Assembly (NCBI GenBank): GCA_002189035.1
Contig: NEEC01000015.1
Location: forward strand, 2,480,001-2,544,000
From: Utricularia gibba
Lineage: Eukaryota > Plantae > Magnoliophyta
Direction of reading: 5' to 3'
DNA length: 64,000 bases
Below, piece by piece: positions 35,037 to 51,689 of the stretch. The number at the start of each line of letters is the position of its first letter. Within the stretch, counting starts at the first letter, position 1. Under the pieces are notes generated by a model. That model was not told where the DNA came from. It made no database searches and saw only the letters and a program-made list of their open reading frames with translations. Made by a program: the position numbers and the translations under genes.

Positions 35037-38000
35037 ATGGCGTCGTTTGCCGCCGCTCCGGCACATGCCTTGCCCGTATGCCCTGCCCCAGATTCCACTC
35101 GTCGCCGGGCGGTGCCGTCCGCGGCCGCCTCTGTCAGCCCCGCCCCGCCATCCACCAGGCACATTGCGTTATCCAGTCATGTTCTTGCCCCAACAGCCAA
35201 TTTGGCGTCCAATTTCCGAGTACTGTGCTCTTCCAGAGAGCCAAAGCCGTCTAAGGGTTCGCCTTCTGTGCCGAGATTCTTGGTTTCTCCCAAATCTATT
35301 GCCATCACTTCAGCCGCTGGCATTCTCTTCCATGTTGCCAGCCCTGTTCTCAGTAGAATGAGCTTTCTTTCCTTCATCGGCGGTGGAGGTGGTGGGAACG
35401 GTCACGGGGGAAGCGGCGGAGGTGGGGGCGGCGGAAATGGTGGATGGCAGGGCGATGATTACTGGCGTTTTTTATCTCCCCAAGCTGTAGCAAAGGACGA
35501 CGATCCACAGCAAGAGTGGGATTCTCATGGATTGCCGGCCAACATCGTGGTCCAGCTGAATAAACTCAGTGGATTTAAGAAATACAAACTCGGAGAAATA
35601 TTATTCTTTGATCGCAGGCGCGGCTCCACGGTTGGTTCTGAAGATTCTTTCTTTGAGATGGTTTCCTTACGGCCAGGAGGGATTTACACCAAGGCGCAGC
35701 TGCAGAAGGAGCTCGAAACTCTTGCTACGTGCGGAATGTTTGAGAAAGTTGATTTGGAGACGAAAACCAATCCTAATGGTACGATTAACATTACCATCCC
35801 ATTCCTTGAGTCGACATGGCAATCAGCTGATAAGTTCAGATGCATTAATGTGGGACTCATGGCTCAGTCCAAGCCTATTGAAATGGACCCCGATATGACT
35901 GAAAAAGAGAGGCTGGAGTTCTATATGAGCCAAGAGCAAGATTACAGGATGAGAATTGATGGGTCAAGGCCATGCTTATTGTCAACACCTGTGCAAAAGG
36001 AGATCTTGATGATGTTAAGAGACCAGGGGAAAGTGAGTGCAAGACTGCTGCAGAAAATTAGGGACAAGGTGCAGCAGTGGTATCATGAGAATGGATATGC
36101 CTGTGCAAATGTTGTGAACTTTGGGAACCTGAACACAAAAGAAGTGGTTTGTGAAGTGGTGGAGGGTGATATTACGGAAGTGGTTATCCAGTTCCAGGAT
36201 AAACTTGGGAATGTTTGTGAGGGCAATACTCGGTTATCTTTAATAAACAGAGAATTGCCAAAGCAGGTAAGGAAACATTCAGTTATCCTCTTTGCTCGTG
36301 CTTGCGGCACATATATTTTTTGTATGTTTTTCTCATTGGACGTATGTTTATGGTGCGTTTACTTTTGATTTTGTGACAGCTTTCCCCAGGGCTAGTTTTT
36401 AATATTGAGGCAGGGAAGCAAGCACTGAGAAATATCAATTCACTTGGGCTTTTCTCCAACATCGAGGTTAATCCACGTCCCGATGAGCAGAATGAGGGAG
36501 GTATTATCGTGGAAATAAAGCTGAAGGAGCTGGAACAGAAGTCTGCCGAAGTTAGTACTGAGTGGAGTCTTGTTCCAGGCCGTGGTGGCCGTCCTACACT
36601 GGTATGCTACCCAAAGCATATTTCTTTTATGTTATATCAGGTTTATTTTTCTGGAAAACAGCTTTTTGATTTCTCTCGTGTTGTGAATTCTGATCAGGCT
36701 TCAATCCAGCCTGGTGGAACTGTTTCCTTTGAGCATCGTAATATCAACGGCTTGAACAGGTCACTTCTTGGTTCTGTAACCACCAGTAATTTCCTCAATC
36801 CCCAGGTGATTAATTTATTTTTCTATTCACTATTTTAGGAGGAAATCGCCCCATATAATGTTCTTTTGAAAAACATTACTTTTATTCCTTTTTCTTATTT
36901 ATTTATATCTTCATATAGGATGATCTTGCATTCAAGTTAGAGTATGTCCACCCTTATGTTGATGGCATATACAATCCTCGAGACCGTACATTTAAAGCTA
37001 GCTGCTTCAATAGTAGAAAGCTGAGCCCAGTTTTCACCGGTGGACCTGGAATTGAAGAAGTTCCCCCTATTTGGGTCGACAGAATGGGGCTGAAAGCCAA
37101 TGTCACTGAGGTTTGTGAAACATATTTATGAAATGAACCCAGTTATAACTGGGAGAAAAATAGAGTTTTGATGGTCTTTAGAGTGAAAATTGAACATCTT
37201 CCTCCCTGTTCAGAACTTTACTCGTCACAGCAAATTTACATGCGGGGTTGTCATGGAGGAGATAACAACACGTGATGAGAGCAGCCATATTTCTTCAAAC
37301 GGACAGAGAGTATTACCAAGTGGTGGGTGAGTGCAGATGGGCCACCCACTACACTTAGTGGCACTGGAGTAGATCAAATGGTGTTTCTCCAAGCTAATAT
37401 CACTCGTGATAATACAAAGTTTGTAAACGGTGCAATAGTTGGAGAGCGAAATGTATTCCAGGTAATTGAAATGGATTTCATGTTGCTTAGTCTTATCTCC
37501 CGTTTTCTCTTCAATGGAATAGCCTCTGCAAGCTTTCTATTACGACATGAATTATTTAAAAAGTATTTAGATGAACTTTTTTGTGGAGGGGGTGAACTTT
37601 AGATGAAGTGGAGGCATCAAAAAACTATATTTGGCATGTTGCCTTTTTTGTGTTCAAAATGGAGCCGGTCTGGATCTATATCTGATTCTGATCTCGTGCA
37701 CTTTCTTTTTACTTATAGATCCCAAATGGTTTCTACTGCAGTTGATATTTAGGTGTACTGCCTCCTTTTTTTTTCCTACTGCAGCTTGACCAAGGAGTTG
37801 GAATAGGGAGCCGGTATCCTGTTTTTAACCGCCACCAGTTGACGTTAACTAAGTTTCTCCAATTGCTGGATGTACAAGAAGGTGCTGGGAAGCCACCTCC
37901 CCCTGTCTTGGTCCTTCATGCGCATTATGGTGGTTGTGTTGGTGATCTTCCCAGCTATGATGCATTCACACTTGGTGGGCCTTATTCCGTCCGGGTTATA

Positions 38001-38411
38001 ACATGGGAGAGTTGGGGGCTGCAAGAAACATTTTAGAGGTATCCATCGTTTTTCTGCCCTTGAATCAATTCATTGAAACGCATCATTGTTTTTTGGTATG
38101 TTTAAACAAGCGCAAGGACTTTTCATATTCTGTGACCATTTACCTGTCTGGTTTGCTTTGCTTTGGTGCAGCTTGCCGCGGAACTGAGGGTACCTGTGAA
38201 GAACACCCATGCTTACGTTTTCGCAGAGCATGGTAATGATCTTGGAAGTTCAAAGGACGTCAAAGGCAACCCCACAGAGGTATACAGGAGAGTAGGCCAC
38301 GGCTCCTCCTATGGAATCGGTGCGAAGTTAGGATTAGTTCGTGTGGAGTATGCAGTGGATCACAACTCAGGTACCGGCGCCTTTTTCTTTCGGTTTGGCG
38401 AGAGGTTCTAA
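35037..38411 (+). CDS. TOC75-III: Chloroplast outer-envelope translocon channel TOC75-III (Omp85 family), 7 exons; apparent frameshift at 37325-37327
   Basis: Bipartite transit peptide with poly-Gly, EWDSHGLPANIVVQLNKLSGFKKYK, POTRA domains (SFFEMVSLRPGGIYTKAQLQKELETLATCGMFEKVD), barrel exons to YAVDHNSGTGAFFFRFGERF*. Confidence 0.96.
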
Positions 38412-38853
38412 GCAGCAGCTCCGGTTTTTCTCCTTGAGTCCGTCCATCTTTCAGTTTTTCTCATTCTCGGATGGTGACATAACTTAAGTTTGATGAGTAG
38501 CAGCATGTTCTCAAGTGAAGAATAAAATATAGGCTCTGTTTGCTCTTGCGAATACGACGAATTTAGAAGGGAAATGATTAGATTCAAGGATGATATAACA
38601 CGCCTGTACGAAAATGGAGAGTTTGCCATCTTGGTGTTAAATGAAGAAACCATTCATGGCCATGTGGTAGAGGTAAATTTTCACTTTTCAGGATCAAGTG
38701 GTTAACGATGACCTGGTGGAATCTCAACGGTAATGCCAAAATTTAGTCCAAAAAGTAGACTTGATGGCTTAATCCAGACACAACCGTGGTGCAGATGAAC
38801 TGCAACAGTCGAAGGCTACTTAGTTGGGTTCCAAATACAACAGCATCTCTATT

Positions 38854-40170
38854 TCAGACCTTGGAAACTGGGAAAACACTAACTTCATCAAGAACGGGGC
38901 CACATAGAGTGCCATAGTCACGGATCCTCGTATGATAGAATGAGCTAAAGAAGGTGAGCCTTGTTCTATAGGATGTTGCTGTGAACTGAAAACTGTAAGT
39001 GGCGGACTTCCCTTCTCCACTCGACTTGAAGGGAGCCTTCATAACAGCTTTAGCAGCAAAGGCTTCCACCATCATGGATCCATGGCATCCATTTTTGGCA
39101 TCACCCACCATGAAGGAGAGCCTATAGACTTTGTTGGGAACAGTTCTGATGACTTGAGCTATGGCACTCTCTCGTCCAGCAACTAATTCAACAGCAGATT
39201 TACCCGATGGCACATTGAAATGCTTCGCATCAATGAACTTCACAGCCTTGAGTGATTCCACGATCCATCCAGGTAGAGGAGAGATTGAGTCTTGCTGCTT
39301 AGGGGGTAGCAGGATGCCATGGGAAGAGTTGGCGAGCAAATGAGGGCCATCTTCAAATCCGTTGTTTTTCACCAAGTTTCCTGCAGTTACAACACCAAGG
39401 TAAATCATCCTGTTCTGAATCTCAAATAACTGCATCAACTTCAGTAACGCAACACAAGTAGCAGAAGAAGACTAGGTTTTCCAAGAAAGCAAAACCTTTT
39501 GAGGGTGTGGAAGACAAAAGTTGCTTGATAGCAACTGCATCCAGTAAAGGGCCGCAAGCAGGATTCTCTTGCATTCCAGGATTGTGAAAAATAATCTTCA
39601 CTGAATCCGAATTGGCTTGAAATCCCCAAGCATAAGTGTCTCCACCATTGCTGGAATACAGCGTTTGCAGAGGAAGCTCCCCTGTTTGTGGGGGAACTGA
39701 TACTCTCAAAACCTCATCCTGCGCACAAGTTCTTGACGCACCAAAAGTCAGGACATAAAAGGAACCCTTCTTCACAGGGATGGTCTGAGAGATTGACGCC
39801 TCGTTCCCAAGGCGCACGGCGTGGACCCCATGAGCAACAGCAAAGTACATTCCTCCAGGCTGTGGGCCGCCGGAGATGTACTCCACAAGACCGCTTATTT
39901 CCCATTTGGGCAGAGAGTTTTTGCGAAGGAGCACTGTTCTGTTCAAATCTTTCGGCTTTGGCGCCTCTTCAAAATTCCCATTTGGCAGGAGCCCTGAAAA
40001 ATAAGCACGTGCATGGCCGCAGCTAAAATTCCGTAAAGAGAGCAGATCTGTGCCTGCGCGAAAAAATGAAAAACGCTGAAGCTGAAATGGCTACCTTCCA
40101 GGGGGGTGAGAGCTGACCCAGTAACCGCAAGGCAGACAAAAACCCAGAAAATAACCCTCAACGCCGCCAT
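38854..40170 (-). CDS. DUF642 cell-wall protein (BIIDXI/DGR-like family), 3 exons
   Basis: Signal peptide MAALRVIFWVFVCLAVTGSA; GLLPNGNFEEAP..HAVRLGNEASISQ..TFGASRTCAQDEVL..CGPLLDAVAIK|GNLVKNNGFEDGP..AVELVAGRESAIAQ..DAKNGCHGSM..LCGPVLDEV. Confidence 0.93.
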
Positions 40171-40238
40171 AGAGACCAAAGAAATGCCGGAAGAATCCCC
40201 CAAACAAGCACATCCGAGGGTTGAGCGTGGTTCCCTCC

Positions 40239-40245
40239 ATTTATA
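40239..40245 (-). promoter_or_regulatory. TATA box of the DUF642 gene
   Basis: CTATAAAT on the minus strand, about 70 bp upstream of the ATG. Confidence 0.55.
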
Positions 40246-40880
40246 GCAGGGAGGGGGGAGCGCCCCATGTGAGAGAGAGAAGAACAGTGAAAAGGAAAGA
40301 GGTCGGAGCTCAGAAGCCGACAGAATTATGGGCTTTGTAGTAGCAGTAGCAGCAGCTCCTCGAGAGTTGATGATATCCCGCGGCGCATTTTGAAATTAAA
40401 TACCAAAAGAATAATTGAATCGGTGAGTGGAGGCATTGAGAAAAGCTGATGGGCGGTTTATGTGTGGGCAGGCAGCTCCCATGTGATGGACATAAATTCA
40501 ATGCATTGTTCCAAGATTGGTTGTTTTCATTGATTCCATCAACTGCCCCACGAAGCTGAGCCTGCTCCCCGATCACCGCTCTTGGTCACCATGAATATGA
40601 TCTGGGGGGCTCGACATACCTTATCGTGCATACAGAATTGATGATGTCAATCACCTTTCAACTAAACAGGAAACTGTTGGCAGGTCACAAACAACTGCTT
40701 CTACTCAACACTATACAATAACAATTGCACCATATCTGAGCATCCCTTTTATCAGTTATGTTGCTTGTGAGGCAGGGAAGAGAGGCATCTAGCATCCTTG
40801 AATTACTTCGGAATCTTCTTTGCTTCCCAGGCTTACATCTGCATGAACCTGGGGTGCATATGTGAATAGAAGAGTAGGCC

Positions 40881-43317
40881 TCAAGGAAACATTCCTTGCA
40901 TATACACATCGAAGCTCTCGCCGTCTGCGTTCGGAGATGAAGTGGAACCCTTGCTTGCTGGTATTACAGGGAGGAAGGAAGTAAGTTTGATGAGCTTGGC
41001 AGATATGGGAGTATGGAATTGAGATGCAATGACCCAACTTGGTTAAACTGCGCCTGAAACATAAACTCTAAATGAAGAACCAGGAGATATGGAGGTGTCA
41101 GTACCATATGTTCCGTCTTCAGTTCTTCCTTGCTTGGTTTGCATGTCTTCATCGCTGTCAGACCGATTCCTGAAAGATGCCTAGACAGAATGAGTCATTG
41201 GTTGAAAAACTTCTCTGGATTCTTTGTAATCATCACCTTTTCCTTTGTTGCTTTTCATTCCCCTTTTGTTTCAAGTTTTCCTTCTCCTTCTTTTTCTTGT
41301 AATAAAGCTTCTCTGCACATCTGTTTCAAGGAAAAGCTCTGTTTAACTCTAAATTGCCTAGAGAACAACCATAAGATTTTTTTTCTTAAGGCCACTTCAG
41401 TGAAGATTAGACTAAATGAAAATTAACTAAGAAAACGCCACTCACTCACCTCTCGCACGCCACTAATTTCACCAAAGCCTGTTTGTTTTCACCAGCTTCT
41501 TGATAGGAAAAGTTCACCTGTATTGGGAAGGCTTAGCAAGAAACCATCGCTACAATCTGAAGCTTTAAAAGATAGAATAAAGAGTGACCCTCAAGATATT
41601 TGTGTGAGAGAAGACTTAATTCTAATAGCAAGTCATAAAATAACAGATAGATTCAACCAGAACTTGCCTCGTAGCTAGACAAAGAATCTTTACAATTGCA
41701 GTGCTTATTGCCACATTCAAACTGCCCTAAAAAGAATATGGTCAGCCAGGGTTAGAGCCTTGTCTGTGATATCATGTGAGCCTCTTAGTAGTTCCCGCAG
41801 ATTGACAGCAATCAAACAGAATAAAGAAATCACACTAACATTCTATTCCTTTGAACCAACATGGCTGTGAATTCTGTGAAAGGGATCATACTCTTTAGAA
41901 GAAATGGCCTTAAATTTGCAAAAAGCCAGACTCACTAAAAGTTTGTTCCAACAAGTGAATACAAATACTACATAATTCAGGGAGCACAGAGGTAAAAAAA
42001 CCATTCTTGGAAACATACTATTATTGAGCAGTTCAGGGAATTGTCGATCCTTGCTATCTTACATGCTCTTGTTGAGAAGGAACAAATGCCAGAGAAAGAC
42101 TAAAAACTTGCACGCAAGTGGACCGTACCTTTCCCAGATATTACCTCCTTTTCAGTTCTCCATCTCAGCCCAATCTAAATTGACATCAATCCTTAGATTG
42201 GCTAACATTAAATCATATATATGTTTTGAAACACTGATACCTTTCCAGCCTTGTAATGAGACATGTCAGCTATGCAGTATCTTTGATAAGTTAAGAGAAA
42301 AAAAATCGCATATTATGTTCTTCTACGTTTCAGCACAATTAATGCATACGAAGGGCCATTCCATAAAACATATAATCTTAGTTCAAGTTTGTAGGAATGT
42401 ACAACGGTGATGCTTTAAAGGATACTCTTTAAAGAGCTTATCATAGTAGCGTTTAACCAGCTTTTGCTCCCAAGAAGGATTCAAGTCATCTTCTTCAGTC
42501 CTTATGAACCTTACAATAAAATAACATGCTCAAAAAACTGAGCTACAAGGGAGGAAGACAACCGCAAATGATGGAAAGCACATATATACCATCTACAAAA
42601 CACGGATCTTGACACTCTAACTCACACTTACATTTTTTAATATTTTCAATTATTACACTCTCTGTACGCCATAAATGACTTCACAATCAAATACTCAGAT
42701 CAGTTTGATAATCAGAATATGGAAGGGTGAAACGAAATTGAAATGCATGTCTTGCCCAAACATCACTTGCCTATCTCATTTCGAAAATTATGTACATGAA
42801 AACAAGGGATTAAATAATAACCTACCGATATCCTTCTCTAAGGGTGTCCTGATCAGTTTTAATCGGCAATGCTTCTCCAGCAACTGCTTGCTTCCCATAA
42901 TAACTAACTGCAAGCAAAGAGAATTGATTAAAGGTTCAAACTTTCAAGTCAAATGTTTAAAGATTTCACTGAGTTGAAATTCAATTAGGCATCTTATTTC
43001 CCACAGAAAACTGAGCACCAGACTAAATCCCCAGCAACTAAATACATTCCAACAGGAGGAAATTTCGAGGTTGGACATGTTCCTGGAGAATAAATACTTA
43101 AAATACTAACTGTAATCATTCAAAAACTTCTTGTGGCGATCGTAAGCGTTGAGGCCTCGAATATGATCCTGATACTGCCTGCAAACCCACAGAAAGACAA
43201 AACTCAAAATACTCCGTTCAGACTCCCCTTTAAATCATCGGTAAGAAAGCCCGCGTACCGTTTTCTAGCTTCATTGTCGAAAATCTCTTGCCTCAGAGCC
43301 CTGAATGAAGAAGCCAT
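40881..43317 (-). CDS. FRA10AC1: FRA10AC1 homologue (spliceosome-associated protein), about 11 short exons; not evident in the ORF track
   Basis: Manually spliced: MASSFRALRQEIFDNEARKR|QYQDHIRGLNAYDRHKKFLNDY|ISYYGK..IKTDQDTLREGYR|FIRTEEDDLNPSWEQKLVKRYYDKLFKE|YCIADMSHYKAGK|IGLRWRTEKEVISGK|GQFECGNKHC..SYE|VNFSYQEAGENKQALVKLVACER|CAEKLYYKK..|..FDVYMQGMFP*. Confidence 0.92.
42281..42425 (-). other. U12-type (minor spliceosome) GT-AG intron in FRA10AC1
   Basis: Donor GTATCCTTT at 42425-42417, branch-site-like TTCTCTTAAC about 10 nt before the AG acceptor at 42281; splicing restores LFKE|YCIAD. Confidence 0.85.
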
Positions 43318-43393
43318 CCCCCCTGCTTCTCAACTTCCTTCCGATTTCTGTTTATCGACGGATCAAGAATCGTTTTTTAATTTTATTTGGATC

Positions 43394-43448
43394 GGCCCAC
43401 TACCCATCCGTAAATAGTAAGTATATATACAGGCAAGTTAGATGGGCC
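43394..43448. promoter_or_regulatory. Site II motifs upstream of FRA10AC1
   Basis: GGCCCA 43394-43399 and TGGGCC 43443-43448. Confidence 0.5.
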
Positions 43449-43818
43449 CACATCCCTTATGTTCACATTATCCAAATTTATTTTTTCGGATCAAATCACA
43501 CTTTCCCTCGGACCGCCCGTCTCACAGGCTCCTCTGGTCTCATATGCTCGACCTCGTCTCCGTCGGCGCATTTCGGCAACTACTCACCAGGAAACCGCCG
43601 GAGAAACCTAGAATCACCGGCAGTTTTTCCGATGAGCGTTGTTAGTGCTGCTCGGAAACGTTATGGGCAAATCGCCGTCTGGGCAATAAAGTAACATGAA
43701 TCCAAAACGAGAAACAGAAAAAACATGAGTGGAGCTGCTTCGAGGTCTGATGCTGAAGGTCATTCATGACAGGAGCAGGTGAAACTAGACGAGGAAATTA
43801 AGATGATAAAAAGACGAC

Positions 43819-44247
43819 CTTTCTTGTGATGCATTTGTTACATCAGAGCACTGCATAAGGTTCTCCACCGGCTCCCAATTATTCGCAGCCTCCGACCACC
43901 CTCGCCTTTCCATCAGATCACTCACCATTTTATGAGAGGCTGAACTTGACCATACTTCTATCATTTGCAGATTCCCCAAGCAATGCCCACATCGGAATAA
44001 CCGATTAACATTAAAAGGATAAGCAAGTCGTCACCTTTCGAACGCGCAGTCTTCGAACCGCTTCGATCTCGTAGTACCCAGAAGCGGGATTCAACTTTTC
44101 ACCGTCGGCGGCATCATCAGAATTCTCTTCTTCTCCGTCTTCCTCTTCGGCGAGTCCCAATTGGTCGAAGTTGCTGGTAGTCGCCTTCTGTACTCCTTTT
44201 TCACTCCTTTGACACACTCTGTATAATCGCGCTGTTTCTCACTCCAT
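43819..44247 (-). pseudogene. LHP1 (pseudo): Truncated, degenerate LHP1/TFL2-like chromodomain pseudogene
   Basis: Acidic region then SGYYEIEAVRRLRVRK|GQVQPLIKW|RGWSEAANNWEPVENLMQCSDVTNASQER. In-frame TGA at codon 3 (44241-44239), expected acceptor AG reads AT, second intron only 20 nt, and no chromoshadow-domain exons recognisable before the FRA10AC1 promoter. Confidence 0.8.
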
Positions 44248-44632
44248 AAACTAGTAGCAGAAGGGTCTACGTCGGTGGCCAAGGCCACACATCTCCGGGG
44301 ATGGAGCGAGGAGAGACGTTCGTCTATGACAGACTTCTCCACGTCAAATTCTCCGGCGATGCCCCCGCCAGCCCGCCAAAAAGCAAAGCTTATTACCAAT
44401 GACGATGCTGCTGGTTATGGGAATGATCTCATTTTAAGATTCTTTTACAATCGATGCGGGTCTCAAGTGACTCGCGTTTCGAGTTTCAGTCGAGCTCAAC
44501 TCCAAGAGCCGCCAACGAGCAAGTTTTTCTTCGTATACAGGAAATGTGCAAAGAACCCCATTTTGTATTTACTTCCATCAAACAAGGAACGCGAATCAAA
44601 TTTTGTACACACTATGACAGAAGCAAATCTGC

Positions 44633-45862
44633 CTAATTCTCCTTCTGCTGCTCTGGCTGCGGCTGCTTCTTCACGCTGGCTTGAGAATACAGAAACGTCC
44701 CAAAGATTGCAATGGCGGATCCCAAGGCATTGAGGGGCCTTACAGGATTTCGGAATACCAGAATGGTGGCGATGATAACCACAACTCTCTTCATGGTGTT
44801 CCCAATTGAGAATGTCAGTGGACTTATGTCATCAAGTGCCTCGTAAGAGGACTGGTTGTAGAGGTGGTAAAATATCCCTGACACCATCACCCACAGATAA
44901 AATTTGGAGGGTTCACCAATGGTTTCAATGGCTTTATTGAATCCGGATACCCATTGAGATCCTTCAACGTATATCGCCACAGGAAACAGATAAACCAGAG
45001 ACAGTATACTGATCCAGCCGTATAGATTGAGGCCATTTACTTGTTTGAAGCTTTGCAAGCTCTTCTTGGAGAAGATATTGCGTAGCACAAATCCAACATT
45101 GCTGATCATAGCACCCCATAGTCCCTCAAAGTTGAAGGAGACTTCAGTTATTGCAGCCAAGGAGCAACCAAAGACAATTGGGAGGATTGAGAGCCACACT
45201 TTCAGAGGATATGAATCTCCCAGAAACGAAGAGAAGATAACTGAAAACACAGGCTCAGCTGACTTTATGACATGAGTGAAAGAAACAGCCACTTTTGAAA
45301 ATGAAACACATGCAGAGATATGGCCTATTGTGTGGAAAAGTGCAGGTCCAAGAAGTGCAAGAATGAAGGACCTGTCAATTTTCGGGCATGGCTGGAGTTT
45401 CAGAGACCAGAGCACAAGCATCCACACAGACCCACAGAACAGCTGAAACGAAGCTAGAAGCCAAGGATACGGGAAAACAATCAACACCTTCTTATTGTAG
45501 ATGTTAAAGATTATGTTGTGGATATACCAGAGCCCGAAAACAACAGCTAGTTTCAAACTCTTGCTTGGCTTCGATTCATCGCTCCCGCCATCTGAGCTGC
45601 TGGATTCTTGAGGGATCTCAGAGGAGGCCCTCGGTCTGTGGCATCCCACAATTTTTTTCCCAAAATTGGATCTTGATTCACGAATCAAGCGAAGAGGGGA
45701 CAACCCACAACTGGGATTTGAAAGAGGAAGAATTGAGTGACGAAACTGGGACCGGGCACAAGAATTAGGATTCAGAAGTAAACCGCCATCAGCTACACGA
45801 TTTCTGCAGCTGAGCTTGCAGAAGCTCACATTTGAGAAGGGGAGAAGGGTCGTGACGAGCAT
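44633..45862 (-). CDS. XPT: Plastid xylulose-5-phosphate/phosphate translocator, intronless
   Basis: 409-aa ORF: transit peptide, then LKLAVVFGLWYIHNIIFNIYNKK..GPALFHTIGHISACVSFSKVAVSFTHVIKSAEPVFS..FYHLYNQSSY..NTMKRVVVI; intronless structure is typical of XPT among plastid phosphate translocators. Confidence 0.9.
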   Translation of the reverse strand: MLVTTLLPFSNVSFCKLSCRNRVADGGLLLNPNSCARSQFRHSILPLSNPSCGLSPLRLIRESRSNFGKKIVGCHRPRASSEIPQESSSSDGGSDESKPSKSLKLAVVFGLWYIHNIIFNIYNKKVLIVFPYPWLLASFQLFCGSVWMLVLWSLKLQPCPKIDRSFILALLGPALFHTIGHISACVSFSKVAVSFTHVIKSAEPVFSVIFSSFLGDSYPLKVWLSILPIVFGCSLAAITEVSFNFEGLWGAMISNVGFVLRNIFSKKSLQSFKQVNGLNLYGWISILSLVYLFPVAIYVEGSQWVSGFNKAIETIGEPSKFYLWVMVSGIFYHLYNQSSYEALDDISPLTFSIGNTMKRVVVIIATILVFRNPVRPLNALGSAIAIFGTFLYSQASVKKQPQPEQQKEN

Positions 45863-46457
45863 ATTTTCCGATTCGGGTTCAGATGCTCTCCCAACGCAAG
45901 CAGTCAGTCACTCCAGACGCTCCTCAGCTCACGAGTTTTTTTTCACCGTTTTGACTGGTTCAAAATCAACTCATATCCCAGAATCTGTGGAGAAAATCAG
46001 GCAAGGACATCCCCCACAAATTTAAAATTCACAAAATTCATCCATTGAAGTGATGTTCAATCTCCCGAAAGGGGATGTACACATGGAGGTTTCCCGTCTG
46101 AGCTTGTGTTTTTCTGCCTACCTTTTTGTTTGGAGTTTTCGATAGCCTGGAATTGATTCGTTTGTACAGAAAGACAAACGGGAAAGCACTCAACATTATT
46201 AAAATCACAAGACAACGAAGGGCTGTTGCTGCAGGTAGCATAAGCTACAGAGACTGTTCACTTTTTTATGTGCACTACTCGACGTATCTGAGGCTAAGAG
46301 ATGACAAAAATGAGACTGTAAAGAGCACCATTCATCTGGGCGTTGGAGAAAGCAGCAAGGCCTCCAAGCTTGTGGGTATATATATGCTCTTAAAAGATTG
46401 AGCTGAATATGCATTGCATCGGAACCGGAGAATAACATGCGGGTATCTGGAGCATTT

Positions 46458-51406
<4,949 letters not shown>

Positions 51407-51653
51407 CAAAATACTTTTCCTTCCTTCCGGAGGCCACACCACCACCGCCGGTGTCCTCTGTAAAAGTGAACGATAGCAATACAAAACCTTTTTCCCAATA
51501 TTTCCAATTAATAATTAACCATTAATTATACATCCAAACCATCCCATTATAACACAACTCCAAGTGCTAAACATCCATAAAACAAATTATTTACACTAGC
51601 CAAGTCAACTCAAAATAGTGTTTCACTTTTTCCCCAATTTTAATTTACCGCTG

Positions 51654-51689
51654 TGGGCCTCTCCCTGACCACAGGCCCAATGGGGCCCA
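51654..51689. promoter_or_regulatory. Three site II motifs upstream of SEC23
   Basis: TGGGCC 51654, GGCCCA 51674 and 51684. Confidence 0.5.

Noticed and set aside
40771-40795. GGCAGGGAAGAGAGGCATCTAGCAT resembles the miR408 complement
   Set aside because: It needs a 2-nt bulge and several mismatches, lies antisense to the FRA10AC1 3' region, and has no hairpin partner; likely chance.
43984-43994. GCCCACATCG, similar to the plant snRNA upstream sequence element RTCCCACATCG
   Set aside because: Mismatched at the 5' end, no correctly spaced TATA box, and no snRNA-like sequence downstream.
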